Assembly: GCA_016302925.1 (NCBI GenBank)
Contig: JAEDMR010000001.1
Coordinates: 730 to 64,729, forward strand
Source: Bacillota bacterium
GTDB taxonomy: Bacteria; Bacillota; Clostridia; Peptostreptococcales; Anaerovoracaceae
Reading direction: 5' to 3'
Length of the DNA: 64,000 nucleotides
The notes below the pieces were generated by a model. That model worked only from the letters and a program-made list of their open reading frames with translations, did not search any database and was not told the DNA's origin. Numbering within the stretch: the first letter of the stretch is position 1; each line of letters opens with the position of its first letter. The translations under genes and the position numbers were made by a program. Below, one piece after another: positions 18,590 through 28,078 of the stretch.

Positions 18590-18631
18590 AAAAAAAGACC
18601 GATGTTTCACGTGAAACATCGGTCTTTTTTT
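18590..18631. terminator. Bidirectional Rho-independent terminator built on a 30-bp perfect palindrome
   Basis: A7-AGACCGATGTTTCAC|GTGAAACATCGGTCT-T7. It closes noc, and the last noc codons (..DRCFT*) lie in the right arm. Confidence 0.8.
18603..18618. promoter_or_regulatory. parS centromere site (perfect palindrome)
   Basis: TGTTTCACGTGAAACA matches the Firmicute parS consensus TGTTNCACGTGAAACA at 16/16 positions. It lies between noc and soj. Confidence 0.85.
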
Positions 18632-19503
18632 GGTATGGTAATTTTTAATTCAAGTACATCCCCCTTATCCTCCTGAGAAAAAATGGCATTATTTTCCATT
18701 TCTTTTATCTGCAGAAAAGCCTTGCGGATTGTGTTCACATAAATCTTATAACTGATATAGTTTACTTTATTTTTTTTACGATTCTGCTCCTCCTGTCCTG
18801 ACAGCAGATCCTCCACGAGTTTTTCAGTCTGTTTGACATTCAGATTATTTTTTATGACCCGGGAAATCACTTTTCTTCTGTCTGATTCACCATGAATACG
18901 AAGAAGGGCTCGCGCATGACGCTCTGTAAGCCTGTGCTCTGTCAATATTTCCTGAATATCATCAGGCAGCGAGAGAATGCGGATTTTGTTGGAGATCGTG
19001 GACTGCTGCTTGCCGACTTTCTGTGCGATTTCACTCTGCGTCAGACCGAAATCATCCATCAGCTTCTTATAAGCACGTGCCTCTTCCAGATAGTCCAGAT
19101 TTTCTCTCTGCACATTTTCCACCAGTGCAACCAGTGCAGCCTCTTCTTCCTCCATACTCCGTACGATAGAAGGAATGGCGGCAAGTCCGGCCAGACAAGC
19201 TGCACGATATCTCCGCTCACCGGCTATTACTAAAAAATTACCGTCCAAAGCGGGTCTGACGAGAATCGGCTGAAGAACGCCATAATCACGTATGGAAGAA
19301 GCAAGCTGTGTCAGCTCTTCTTCACGAAAAATTTTTCGGGGCTGCTCCGGATTCAGAAAAATCTGATGGATCGGAATTTGAACCACTTCCTGCTTCAAAG
19401 AAGCTTTTTCCTGCTCCGCTGCCTTCGACTCGAGAACAGATGGCGGGGCACTCCGCGACGTACCGAACAATCCTCCGGATTTCTTTCCCAGCAATTCTAA
19501 CAT
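18607..19503 (-). CDS. noc: Nucleoid occlusion protein / ParB paralog
   Basis: Start is placed at MLELLGKK (ATG 19503, AGGGGGA RBS). ParB box NPEQPRK, VLQPILVRP...VIAGERRYRAA. It occupies the rsmG-noc-soj-spo0J position. Confidence 0.85.
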   Translation of the reverse strand: MLELLGKKSGGLFGTSRSAPPSVLESKAAEQEKASLKQEVVQIPIHQIFLNPEQPRKIFREEELTQLASSIRDYGVLQPILVRPALDGNFLVIAGERRYRAACLAGLAAIPSIVRSMEEEEAALVALVENVQRENLDYLEEARAYKKLMDDFGLTQSEIAQKVGKQQSTISNKIRILSLPDDIQEILTEHRLTERHARALLRIHGESDRRKVISRVIKNNLNVKQTEKLVEDLLSGQEEQNRKKNKVNYISYKIYVNTIRKAFLQIKEMENNAIFSQEDKGDVLELKITIPKKDRCFT

Positions 19504-19636
19504 AATTCTTCCCCCTTTTTTCTCCGGTCTTTCTATAGAAACACCTGTACACACTTCTCAGGGAAATCATATCATTTCCCGCAGTACCTGTGTTGTTTTT
19601 TTTCTGCCAAGAAAAAAAGAAAGCCCCCTGTTTTCG

Positions 19637-20347
19637 CTATTTCAGGGGGTCTTTCGACGGGGTTCCGGCTTTTCTGGGATATTTCGCCGGCGTATTTCTT
19701 ATTTTTTTTATGAACAAAATCCGATGATCCAAACCATACCGGTTCAGAGGAGCCGATTCTACCCGTTCCAGCTGCCCGCCCAGCAGAAAAATTGCTTTTT
19801 TAGCCTGGTCAATTTCTTCCTCTGCATCCGGACCTTTATAGGCAAAAAGATACCCGCCCTGCCGGATGAAAGGAAGGCAGTATTCTGACAGGGTTGCCAG
19901 GTTTGCAACCGCCCTGGAAACACAAAGATCATACTTCTCGCGATGTGCTTTGTTTCTGGCCAGTTCCTCTGCACGGGCATGGACTGTGGAAACATTTCGG
20001 ATTCCGATGGAAGACGTCAGTTCGTCGATAATATTCAGACGTTTTTTCAGAGAATCCATCAGAATAAACTGCTTTTCCGGTGAAACAACGGCAAGTGGAA
20101 CACCCGGGAAACCACCGCCCGTTCCCACATCGATGATTTTATTCGCAGACTGATATTCGGGAAATCCGCAGCAAAGCACAGAATCCAGCAAATGTTTAAT
20201 AATGAATTCATCCCGGTCTGTGATGGCAGTCAGATTCACCTTTTCATTCCAGGAAAGGACACCTTCCATATACTGTTCCAGCTGCCGTGCCATCTCAGGG
20301 GAACAGGAAACACCCACAGCATCGAACGCTTCTTTTATCTGCAACAT
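19637..20347 (-). CDS. rsmG: 16S rRNA (guanine527-N7)-methyltransferase
   Basis: [25 protein letters not shown]. Synteny after mnmG. Confidence 0.95.
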   Translation of the reverse strand: MLQIKEAFDAVGVSCSPEMARQLEQYMEGVLSWNEKVNLTAITDRDEFIIKHLLDSVLCCGFPEYQSANKIIDVGTGGGFPGVPLAVVSPEKQFILMDSLKKRLNIIDELTSSIGIRNVSTVHARAEELARNKAHREKYDLCVSRAVANLATLSEYCLPFIRQGGYLFAYKGPDAEEEIDQAKKAIFLLGGQLERVESAPLNRYGLDHRILFIKKIRNTPAKYPRKAGTPSKDPLK

Positions 20348-22230
20348 GACTGACCCTTTCTTCTCTGTTTCTCCAGATATACCTGAAGTACATTGATGTC
20401 TGCAGGGGAAACACCGCTGATGCGGGATGCCTGTCCGACCGATTCAGGCTGAATCTGGTTCAGCTTCTGCACCGCTTCAATTCGCAGACCTTCGATGAGA
20501 CTGTAATCGAAATGCTGAGGCAGTTTACGGTTTTCCAGCTTCTTATACCGTTCAATCTGCGCCATCTGCTTCTGAATATATCCTTCATATTTAATTTGAA
20601 CTTCAAGCTGTGTCACTTCGTGGTAAGACAGCATCGGTCTGGTTTCATCATCGATTTCCGCCAGATCTGTATAAGATATCTGAGGACGACGGAGAAGTTC
20701 TGCCATGGAAACACGATTCTGCAGTGGAGAGGTTCCCCGGGCAATGAGGAAATCATTTGCTTCCTTCGGACCTACCAGCTTCTCCTCCAGACGGGACGCT
20801 TCTTTGGCTACCGCATTTTTCTTCGCCAGATAACGAGAATATCTTTCCTTAGTTGCCAGTCCAATACAGTAACTTTTTTCCGTAAGCCTCTGATCCGCAT
20901 TATCCTGCCTCAGAACCAGCCTGTATTCAGCTCTGCTGGTCATAATCCGATAAGGCTCATTGGTACCTTTGGACACCAAATCGTCGATGAGAACGCCGAT
21001 ATAAGCCTCGTCTCTTCCAAGAATCAGTGGATTTTTTCCGGAAATTTTCAGTGCAGCGTTGATTCCGGCCATCAGGCCCTGTGCGGCTGCCTCTTCATAC
21101 CCGGAACTTCCGTTGAACTGCCCGGCACAAAACAGGTTTTCAATATAACGATATTCCAGATTCAGCTGCAGATCCTGCGGATCAATGCAGTCGTATTCTA
21201 TGGCGTATGCCGGCCGAACAATACGCAGATTCTCCAGACCGGGTATGGTTCTGTAGAATGCCAGCTGTACATCTTCCGGCAAGCTGGAACTCATTCCCTG
21301 TATGTACATTTCATCTGTATCCAGTCCCTCCGGTTCGATAAACAGCTGATGCCTTTCCTTATCTGCAAACCGGTTCACCTTATCCTCGATGGATGGACAG
21401 TACCGCGGACCGATTCCCTCAATCTGACCGCCGAAAAGTGCAGACCGGTGGAAATTGGCACGGATTACATTATGTGTTTCCTCGTTGGTATAAGTCAGCC
21501 AGCAGGAAACCTGATTTTCACCAATTGAATCATTCATGAAAGAGAAAGGAACGATTTTCTCATCTCCCTTCTGTTCCTGCATCTTCGTGTAGTCCAGACT
21601 CTGGCCCAGGCATCTGGCAGGGGTTCCGGTCTTGAACCGGCGCAGCTTCATGCCATGTTTTTTCAGATTATCTGCCAGATCATTGGATGGAGCCAGTCCG
21701 TTCGGACCGCTTTCAAATGCGCTGTCACCGATAAAAATTTTTCCCCGAAGAAAGGTTCCAGTGGCGAGGATGACAGCTTTCGCCCTATACCAGGTATGGG
21801 TTCTTGTTTCAATCCCGCATACTTTACCATCTTCTACAATCAGATCCGTGACTTCCATCTGCCGCATATCCAGATGATCCGTATGCTCGATGGTCTTTTT
21901 CATTTCCAGGTGGTATCTGTTCTTGTCAGCCTGCGCCCGCAAAGAATGCACTGCCGGCCCTTTGGCTGTATTGAGCATCTTGCTCTGGATAAAGGTTTTA
22001 TCAATATTTTTTCCCATTTCTCCGCCCAGGGCATCAATTTCCCGGACAAGATGTCCCTTTCCGGTTCCTCCGATGGATGGGTTGCAGGGCATCATAGCCA
22101 CTGCTTCCAGATTCATGGAGCATAGAAGGGTTTCTTTTCCCATTCTCGCACATGCCAGTGCCGCTTCACAGCCGGCATGTCCGGCACCGATGACAATGAC
22201 ATCGTATTCCCCCATAAAAAGATGTTCCAT
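20335..22230 (-). CDS. mnmG: tRNA uridine 5-carboxymethylaminomethyl modification enzyme MnmG
   Basis: [27 protein letters not shown]. 631 aa. Confidence 0.97.
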   Translation of the reverse strand: MEHLFMGEYDVIVIGAGHAGCEAALACARMGKETLLCSMNLEAVAMMPCNPSIGGTGKGHLVREIDALGGEMGKNIDKTFIQSKMLNTAKGPAVHSLRAQADKNRYHLEMKKTIEHTDHLDMRQMEVTDLIVEDGKVCGIETRTHTWYRAKAVILATGTFLRGKIFIGDSAFESGPNGLAPSNDLADNLKKHGMKLRRFKTGTPARCLGQSLDYTKMQEQKGDEKIVPFSFMNDSIGENQVSCWLTYTNEETHNVIRANFHRSALFGGQIEGIGPRYCPSIEDKVNRFADKERHQLFIEPEGLDTDEMYIQGMSSSLPEDVQLAFYRTIPGLENLRIVRPAYAIEYDCIDPQDLQLNLEYRYIENLFCAGQFNGSSGYEEAAAQGLMAGINAALKISGKNPLILGRDEAYIGVLIDDLVSKGTNEPYRIMTSRAEYRLVLRQDNADQRLTEKSYCIGLATKERYSRYLAKKNAVAKEASRLEEKLVGPKEANDFLIARGTSPLQNRVSMAELLRRPQISYTDLAEIDDETRPMLSYHEVTQLEVQIKYEGYIQKQMAQIERYKKLENRKLPQHFDYSLIEGLRIEAVQKLNQIQPESVGQASRISGVSPADINVLQVYLEKQRRKGQSCCR

Positions 22231-22273
22231 ATTTCACTCCTTCTATATCATCGATCTGTATGATCTGACTGTA

Positions 22274-23635
22274 TTATTTACCCAGACAGAATCTTGAAAA
22301 CACTTCGTTGATGACATCACCGGACACGGTTTCGCCAACGATCTCTCCCAGAAGTTCGTAAGCCCGGTTTACGTCAATCTCAAGAAATTCCAGCGGCTGA
22401 CGAATCTGGGCCATGGAAATTGCATCCGTGACCGAAGAGACTGCCTGTTCCAGCAGATTCTTATGACGCACACTGGTCACCAGCACACTGTTCTTCTGAT
22501 TCAACTTCCCCCCGTAAACCAGATCCGCGATGGCATCTTCAATCTCTGTGATGCCCTTCTCTTCTTTCAGAGAAGCTTCTATAACAACTGCAGACGGAAT
22601 ACGCTGCCTGAGAGAATCGGATGTAATCTTCTGCGGAAGATCCACCTTGTTCAGTATTACAATTGCCTGCCGGTCCCCCAGATGAGAAAGTATCTCTTCA
22701 TCCTCAGAATCCAGGTTTCTGCTGCCATCCACCATGAAAAGAACAAGGTCTGACTGATTAAATGATTCCTTACTCTTTTCAATCCCGATTTTTTCGATGA
22801 TATCCTCCGTCTGGCGGATTCCTGCTGTATCTGTCAGTTTCACAGGAATGTTTCGAATAGAAAGCATCTCTTCAATGGTATCTCTGGTGGTTCCGGGAAT
22901 CTCTGTCACGATGGCGCGGGTCTCCCGGAGCAGAGCATTCATCAGTGAAGACTTCCCTACATTGGGTTTCCCAATAATGGAAACGGACAGTCCCTCCCGA
23001 ATCATTCTCCCTGTATCTGCCGTGGAAAGCAGTGAAGATATTTGATCTTTCGTCTGAACCAGACCCGACAAAAGATTTTCATAGGTCAGTTCCTCGATAT
23101 CTTCATCGGGATAATCAATGTTCACCGTGATATTAACCAGAAGATCCAGAAGGTGTGCACGGATTTCACGAACAACATTTCCTAACTTGCCCTCCAGCTG
23201 GCCCAATGCAACATCGAAAGAAGCATCTGACTTTGCGCGGATCAGATCGATCACAGCTTCGGCCTGAGAAAGATCTAATCTCCCGTTGAGAAATGCACGC
23301 TTGGTAAATTCCCCGGGTTCCGCAAGGCGTGCACCGTTTCGAAGCACCAGCGATAGGATTTTGCGAAGTGATACGATGCTTCCATGACACTGAATTTCCA
23401 CCACATTCTCCGTTGTATAAGAATGTGGACCTTTCATATAGACGGCCATAACCTCATCGATGCAGTCGCCGGTGAAATTGTCATAAACATGTCCATATGT
23501 GAGGACCTTATCCTCTGTTTTTCGTCCCCGGAATATCTTCTGAAGAATCGGCAGAGCATCCTCCCCACTGATTCTGACAATGCCGATGCCTCCTTCTCCC
23601 AATGCCGTGGCAATGGCAGCAATGGTATCTTCCAT
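22274..23635 (-). CDS. mnmE: tRNA modification GTPase MnmE
   Basis: DTIAAIATA..GGIGIVRISG, G1 GKPNVGKSS, and the C-terminal CLGK. Confidence 0.97.
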   Translation of the reverse strand: MEDTIAAIATALGEGGIGIVRISGEDALPILQKIFRGRKTEDKVLTYGHVYDNFTGDCIDEVMAVYMKGPHSYTTENVVEIQCHGSIVSLRKILSLVLRNGARLAEPGEFTKRAFLNGRLDLSQAEAVIDLIRAKSDASFDVALGQLEGKLGNVVREIRAHLLDLLVNITVNIDYPDEDIEELTYENLLSGLVQTKDQISSLLSTADTGRMIREGLSVSIIGKPNVGKSSLMNALLRETRAIVTEIPGTTRDTIEEMLSIRNIPVKLTDTAGIRQTEDIIEKIGIEKSKESFNQSDLVLFMVDGSRNLDSEDEEILSHLGDRQAIVILNKVDLPQKITSDSLRQRIPSAVVIEASLKEEKGITEIEDAIADLVYGGKLNQKNSVLVTSVRHKNLLEQAVSSVTDAISMAQIRQPLEFLEIDVNRAYELLGEIVGETVSGDVINEVFSRFCLGK

Positions 23636-23661
23636 AACCTTCTCCTTCAGTATCTTCTCAA

Positions 23662-23696
23662 GAATAAAACAGCCCGCTCTAAAAAAAGCGGGTTGT
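23662..23696 (-). terminator. Rho-independent terminator after jag
   Basis: Stem AACCCGCT/AGCGGGCT on the minus strand (23671-23678 / 23687-23694), followed by GTTTTATTCTT. Confidence 0.6.
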
Positions 23697-23703
23697 ATTC
23701 CAA

Positions 23704-24621
23704 TTATTTTAATTCAATGATAACCCGTCTGTATGGGTCCTGACCCTCACTCTTCGTAGTGACATAAGGGTGGTTCTGCAGTGTGGCGTGAATCACTTTC
23801 CGCTCATACGGATTCATAGGTTCCAGTTTCACACTTCTTCTGGTTTTCACGACCTTGTTGGCAAGGCGGATTGCCAGCATTTCCAGAGTCTTTTCTCTCT
23901 TGGTACGGTAATTTTCCGCATCCACGACAACTCTGGTGTATTTTTCCTGATCCTTATTAACAACCAGGCTGGTCAGATACTGAATGGCATCCAGCGTCTG
24001 GCCGCGTTTTCCGATAATTGTACCGGAATCTTTACCCTGAATGTCGATGTACAGGGCATCGCCGCCTTCCTTCGCGGTAATATCCAGAGAAAGACCCATC
24101 TGCTCGGTCACTTCTGCAAGGAAATCCAGTGCGATGTGATTTTCGCATACGGTCAGTTCCTCATCCGGAACCCTTGCAATTACAGGCTCAATTGGTTCAT
24201 GGAATTCTTTTAATTCCCTGTCCCGACGCTCTTTTCTCGGTTTATTATTCCGGCTGTTTCTGTCTTTTCTGTTATTATTATTGCGTTTCGGCGATGATGT
24301 TCTGTTCTCCGGTTCATTTGAAGTCTGTGTCTTCTTCTGTTTCTCAGTACGCACAGGCTTCTCGGTTATTTCCTTCTTTTCGGAAATTTCTGTCTTCGGT
24401 GCTTCCTTTGCAGCAGGTGCTTCCTGCTTCTTTTCTTCCACCTTAACAGGCTTTTTCTTTTCAACTCTTACTTTTGCAAGTTTGGAACCGATACCGAAAA
24501 AACCTCTTGAAGGTTCTTCCAGGACTGTCACATCGACTTCGTCTATTGTAAGCTGCAGATCGTCCAGCGCCAGTTTCACGGCAGTATCGACGTCTGTGCC
24601 CCATTTTTCAGAATAATCCAT
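23704..24621 (-). CDS. jag: RNA-binding protein Jag/KhpB (Jag_N + KH + R3H) with long K/E/N-rich linker
   Basis: Start MDYSEKWGTDVDTAVKLAL (GGAGG RBS). C-terminal KH/R3H region: IIGKRGQTLDAIQYL...LEPMNPYERKVIH. Confidence 0.9.
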   Translation of the reverse strand: MDYSEKWGTDVDTAVKLALDDLQLTIDEVDVTVLEEPSRGFFGIGSKLAKVRVEKKKPVKVEEKKQEAPAAKEAPKTEISEKKEITEKPVRTEKQKKTQTSNEPENRTSSPKRNNNNRKDRNSRNNKPRKERRDRELKEFHEPIEPVIARVPDEELTVCENHIALDFLAEVTEQMGLSLDITAKEGGDALYIDIQGKDSGTIIGKRGQTLDAIQYLTSLVVNKDQEKYTRVVVDAENYRTKREKTLEMLAIRLANKVVKTRRSVKLEPMNPYERKVIHATLQNHPYVTTKSEGQDPYRRVIIELK

Positions 24622-24645
24622 ATTAATTCTGTTCCTCCAATGCAC

Positions 24646-25380
24646 TTATGCTCTTGCCTTGCTTTTTTTCTTTCCCTTCGGTGCTTCTTCTTCGTTCATC
24701 TTTTTTTTCAGCTGGTTAAAGCGGATATTATAGAATATCTGAATCACCTGGCTGAAGAACCAGTAAATTGCCAGACCGGCCGGATAGCTTCTGGCCATCA
24801 GCAGAATAGTAACCGGGAAGACGTACTGCATCATCTTATTCATTACATTCATCTGCTGCATGGAAGGATTGTTTCCGCCGTTCAGATTATTCTTCTGATT
24901 CATGGTGAAGGAAATATATGTGGCAATACCTGCCGCAACAGGCAGGATCCACTTGTCAGGCTGCGCCAGGTCCTTGATCCAAAGGAAAGGTTCGTGAATC
25001 GCAAACAGCATCATGTCTGCTTTATCCATGTTGCTGAAATAAACCATCGGATTTCTGAGCAGTGCGAACAGAGCCATAATGATGAACATCTGAATCACCA
25101 TCGGCAGGCAGCCGGCAGACATGCTGACACCTTCCTGCTTGTAAAGCTCCTGGAGCTTTTCATTCATCATCATCTGATCTTTCGCATACTTCTGCTGAAT
25201 TTCCTTAATCTTCGGATTGAGTTTGGACATTTTCGCAGTTGACATGATCTGCTTCGCATAAAGCGGATATAAACAGAGCTTAACGACCAGGGTAACAATA
25301 ATCAGGGAAATTCCATAGTTACCGATCAGCTCATATAACCACATAAGCAGATAACCCATTGGTTGCGCTAATAATCTCAT
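24646..25380 (-). CDS. yidC: Membrane protein insertase YidC/OxaA (short Firmicute form)
   Basis: LIIVTLVVKLCLYPL...MSKLNPKIKEIQQKY..., polytopic. A GGAGG RBS is present. Confidence 0.92.
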   Translation of the reverse strand: MRLLAQPMGYLLMWLYELIGNYGISLIIVTLVVKLCLYPLYAKQIMSTAKMSKLNPKIKEIQQKYAKDQMMMNEKLQELYKQEGVSMSAGCLPMVIQMFIIMALFALLRNPMVYFSNMDKADMMLFAIHEPFLWIKDLAQPDKWILPVAAGIATYISFTMNQKNNLNGGNNPSMQQMNVMNKMMQYVFPVTILLMARSYPAGLAIYWFFSQVIQIFYNIRFNQLKKKMNEEEAPKGKKKSKARA

Positions 25381-25392
25381 TCAATTCCTCCA

Positions 25393-25623
25393 TTATTCCA
25401 AAGGGTCGTAGCCCCCCTCATGCCAGGGGTGACACTTCAGAATCCGTTTGATTCCTAAGTAAGTGCCCTTGATTGCTCCGTATTTTTCTACAGCCTGTAT
25501 AAAATATACCGAGCAGGTGGGCGTAAACCGGCAGGTAGGTGGAAATAAAGGAGAAATACAAATCTGATAAAATCTCACCAGACCTATCAGGATCTTTTTA
25601 AAAAAAGAACTCACGTATTTCAT
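25393..25623 (-). CDS. yidD: Membrane protein insertion efficiency factor YidD
   Basis: Start is placed at MKYVSSFF. Signature: [22 protein letters not shown]...[11 protein letters not shown]. Confidence 0.92.
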   Translation of the reverse strand: MKYVSSFFKKILIGLVRFYQICISPLFPPTCRFTPTCSVYFIQAVEKYGAIKGTYLGIKRILKCHPWHEGGYDPLE

Positions 25624-25967
25624 TATTTCTTTATTACTCCGGCTCGTTTCATCGCAGAAAGAAGAGATTTCTCCACTTCCGCACACTTCTTTCCGGAAAT
25701 GGTGTTTCTGGCGATAATGATAAAATCATAATGCGCATGCTGCGGAAGTTTTTCCGCCAGATGACGGTAGCTTTCCTTCATAAGCCGTCTCGCCCTGTTT
25801 CTTTTCACACTGTTTCCGACTTTTTTACTTGCTAAAAAACCTGTCCTATTGTAAACAAGCCCGTTAGGCCGATAAAACAGCACCACGAACCTGTCACCCA
25901 CAGATTTTCCGCGATTGTAAATCGACTGAAAATCTGTTTTTTTTCGCAAAACATTTCTTTTCAGCAT
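25623..25967 (-). CDS. rnpA: Ribonuclease P protein component
   Basis: 114 aa, basic. [14 protein letters not shown]..., [12 protein letters not shown] (RNR motif). Follows rpmH. Confidence 0.93.
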   Translation of the reverse strand: MLKRNVLRKKTDFQSIYNRGKSVGDRFVVLFYRPNGLVYNRTGFLASKKVGNSVKRNRARRLMKESYRHLAEKLPQHAHYDFIIIARNTISGKKCAEVEKSLLSAMKRAGVIKK

Positions 25968-26013
25968 GTTTCCTCTTTTCGAGCGTTTACTGCTCTCTCA
26001 AAGCATAAGGAAA

Positions 26014-26148
26014 TTAAGCAGTTAATTTCTTTCTGCCTCTTGCTCTTCTTCTCTTCAGAACGTTTCTGCCATTCTTGGTGGACATTCTCTTTCTGAAGCC
26101 GTGTTCCTTCATTCTCTGCCGTTTCTTAGGCTGTAAAGTCATTTTCAT
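26014..26148 (-). CDS. rpmH: 50S ribosomal protein L34
   Basis: Start is placed at [44 protein letters not shown], giving the canonical 44-aa length. Confidence 0.95.
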   Translation of the reverse strand: MKMTLQPKKRQRMKEHGFRKRMSTKNGRNVLKRRRARGRKKLTA

Positions 26149-26208
26149 ATTGGTTGTTCTCCCTTCTAAAATAATAAGCTCGTGTGCATCTAAATTCCAA
26201 TGGCACAC

Positions 26209-26532
26209 AGATACCTAAGTAGTATACTTCAAAAATTTTTAATTGTCAATGAAATTATTATTTCTAAGTATTCACATTTACGATTTCCACGTATGTTAAA
26301 AATATAGAAATACATCCACATATTATGATTCAGCTGCATCGGAATAAAAATTTCAAACGGCTGAAAATACAATAAAAAAAGACGATTCTACTTATGCACA
26401 ATTTTATCCTCAACCCATGGATAAAAATCTAAAAAAATATATTTCGTTTTCCATGTAATTCATACTTGCTTGTGGATAACTATTTTTGTACAATAAGAAT
26501 ATATCATTTAGAAAAAGAAGTGAAGGTTTCAT
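26209..26532. promoter_or_regulatory. oriC part 1: AT-rich rpmH-dnaA spacer with DnaA-box cluster and dnaA promoter
   Basis: One perfect box TGTGGATAA (26471-26479, complement of TTATCCACA). One-mismatch boxes: TTATGCACA (26392-26400) and TTATCCTCA (26404-26412). Two-mismatch boxes: 26268-26276, 26312-26320 and 26416-26424. Candidate promoter TTGCTT(26466)-17-TACAAT(26489) overlaps the perfect box. Confidence 0.85.
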
Positions 26533-27924
26533 ATGAACAAAAATGAAAAAACGACAAAGGCATTAAAAGAAGAACTTCAAAAGCTGACTACCGCTGTCAG
26601 TTTCAATACCTGGCTTCAGCCTCTGGAAGTATTTCAGATTGACAGTGATCTGAAAATAGCATATATCGGCGTAAAGCGTTCCGGTGGAATCGATGTAGAC
26701 TTCATCCTGAATATTATCAGAACCAGATACATTCAGGTCATTGAAGACTGCCTAGAAACAGTACTTCATGACCGATACAGGGCAGTGATCAAGGAAATGG
26801 ATGAATTTCTGAAGGAATCGCCGGCAGAAAAATCAAAACCGGACCCGGAACCCGAACCTGATTCTTCTGTTACGCCTGTTTCAAAAATGGGAATGGAAAA
26901 AATCTTTAATCCAAGATATAATTTTGATAATTTCGTGGTGGGAAACAGCAATAAATACGCCCATGCAGCAGCACTGGCTGTGGCAGAATCCCCATCCGAG
27001 GCATATAACCCGCTGTTTATCTACGGCGGATCCGGACTTGGAAAAACCCATCTGATGCATGCCATCGGTATCTATCTGCTGGAACATAATCCGGGACTGA
27101 ATGTACTTTATGTTTCTTCCGAAATGTTTACCAATGAACTGATTCGTGCACTGCGTGAAAACAAAATCAGCGAATTTAAAAATAAATACCGTAAAGTGGA
27201 TGTGATGCTGATTGATGACATTCAATTCATGGAGGGAAAAGACAGTACCCAGGAGGAATTCTTCCATACATTCAATACCCTTTACGATTCCAATAAACAG
27301 ATCATCATTTCCAGTGACAGGGCACCAAACAAGCTGGTAAATCTGGAGGACAGGCTGCGAAGCCGTTTCCAGTGGAATCTGATTGCCGACATTCAGCCGC
27401 CGGATTACGAAACAAGAGTTGCCATACTGACGAAAAAAGCGGAAAACATGAACATCGCAGTGGATGATGATCTGTATGATGTCATCTGTCTGATTGCAGA
27501 GAAAATCAAAGATAATATCCGGGAACTGGAAGGAGCTTTCACACGAATCGTATCCTTCTCGCAGCTTCTTGGAGAGAAAGCAGATAAAAATTTCGCCAGA
27601 AGAACACTGAAAGACATCCTTACAGATGGAGATATCAAGGTCACACCGGAAAAAATAAAAAAATACATATGTAAACACTATTCCATCAAAATGGCAGATC
27701 TGGAATCATCCAAGAAACAGAACAGCATCGCTTATCCAAGGCAGGTTGCCATGTATCTGATCCGGGAAATGACAGATTATTCTCTTCCGAAGATCGGACA
27801 GATGTTTGGAGGAAAACATTATACCACTGTCATGTATGCCTGTGATAAAATTGAAGGAGAAATGAAAGCAGATCCTTCTTTCGCCCAGCGGATCGAACAG
27901 ATGAAAGATGAGATTATGGATTAA
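26533..27924 (+). CDS. dnaA: Chromosomal replication initiator protein DnaA
   Basis: 463 aa: NPLFIYGGSGLGKTHLMHA, IDDIQF, and C-terminal domain IV (YPRQVAMYLIREMT...IGQMFGGKHYTTVMYA). Confidence 0.98.
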   Translation: MNKNEKTTKALKEELQKLTTAVSFNTWLQPLEVFQIDSDLKIAYIGVKRSGGIDVDFILNIIRTRYIQVIEDCLETVLHDRYRAVIKEMDEFLKESPAEKSKPDPEPEPDSSVTPVSKMGMEKIFNPRYNFDNFVVGNSNKYAHAAALAVAESPSEAYNPLFIYGGSGLGKTHLMHAIGIYLLEHNPGLNVLYVSSEMFTNELIRALRENKISEFKNKYRKVDVMLIDDIQFMEGKDSTQEEFFHTFNTLYDSNKQIIISSDRAPNKLVNLEDRLRSRFQWNLIADIQPPDYETRVAILTKKAENMNIAVDDDLYDVICLIAEKIKDNIRELEGAFTRIVSFSQLLGEKADKNFARRTLKDILTDGDIKVTPEKIKKYICKHYSIKMADLESSKKQNSIAYPRQVAMYLIREMTDYSLPKIGQMFGGKHYTTVMYACDKIEGEMKADPSFAQRIEQMKDEIMD

Positions 27925-28078
27925 AACAGTAAGGAATATCCCTTTATCCACTCTTCTGAAACAATAACTTTTTCAGGGTTTTCAGGGAATCTGAAAGTTA
28001 TCCACAGAATCCACAGCCCCTACTACTATTACTACTATAAAAGAATATAAATAAAGAATAACAGACCGGAGGATCAAA
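27925..28078. promoter_or_regulatory. oriC part 2: DnaA boxes + GC clamp + DnaA-trio-like repeats + AT-rich unwinding tract
   Basis: TTATCCACT (27944-27952), then tandem TTATCCACA (27998-28006) and GAATCCACA (28007-28015). GCCCC follows, then CTACTACTATTACTACTA (28020-28037), then AAAAGAATATAAATAAAGAATAA. Confidence 0.8.
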
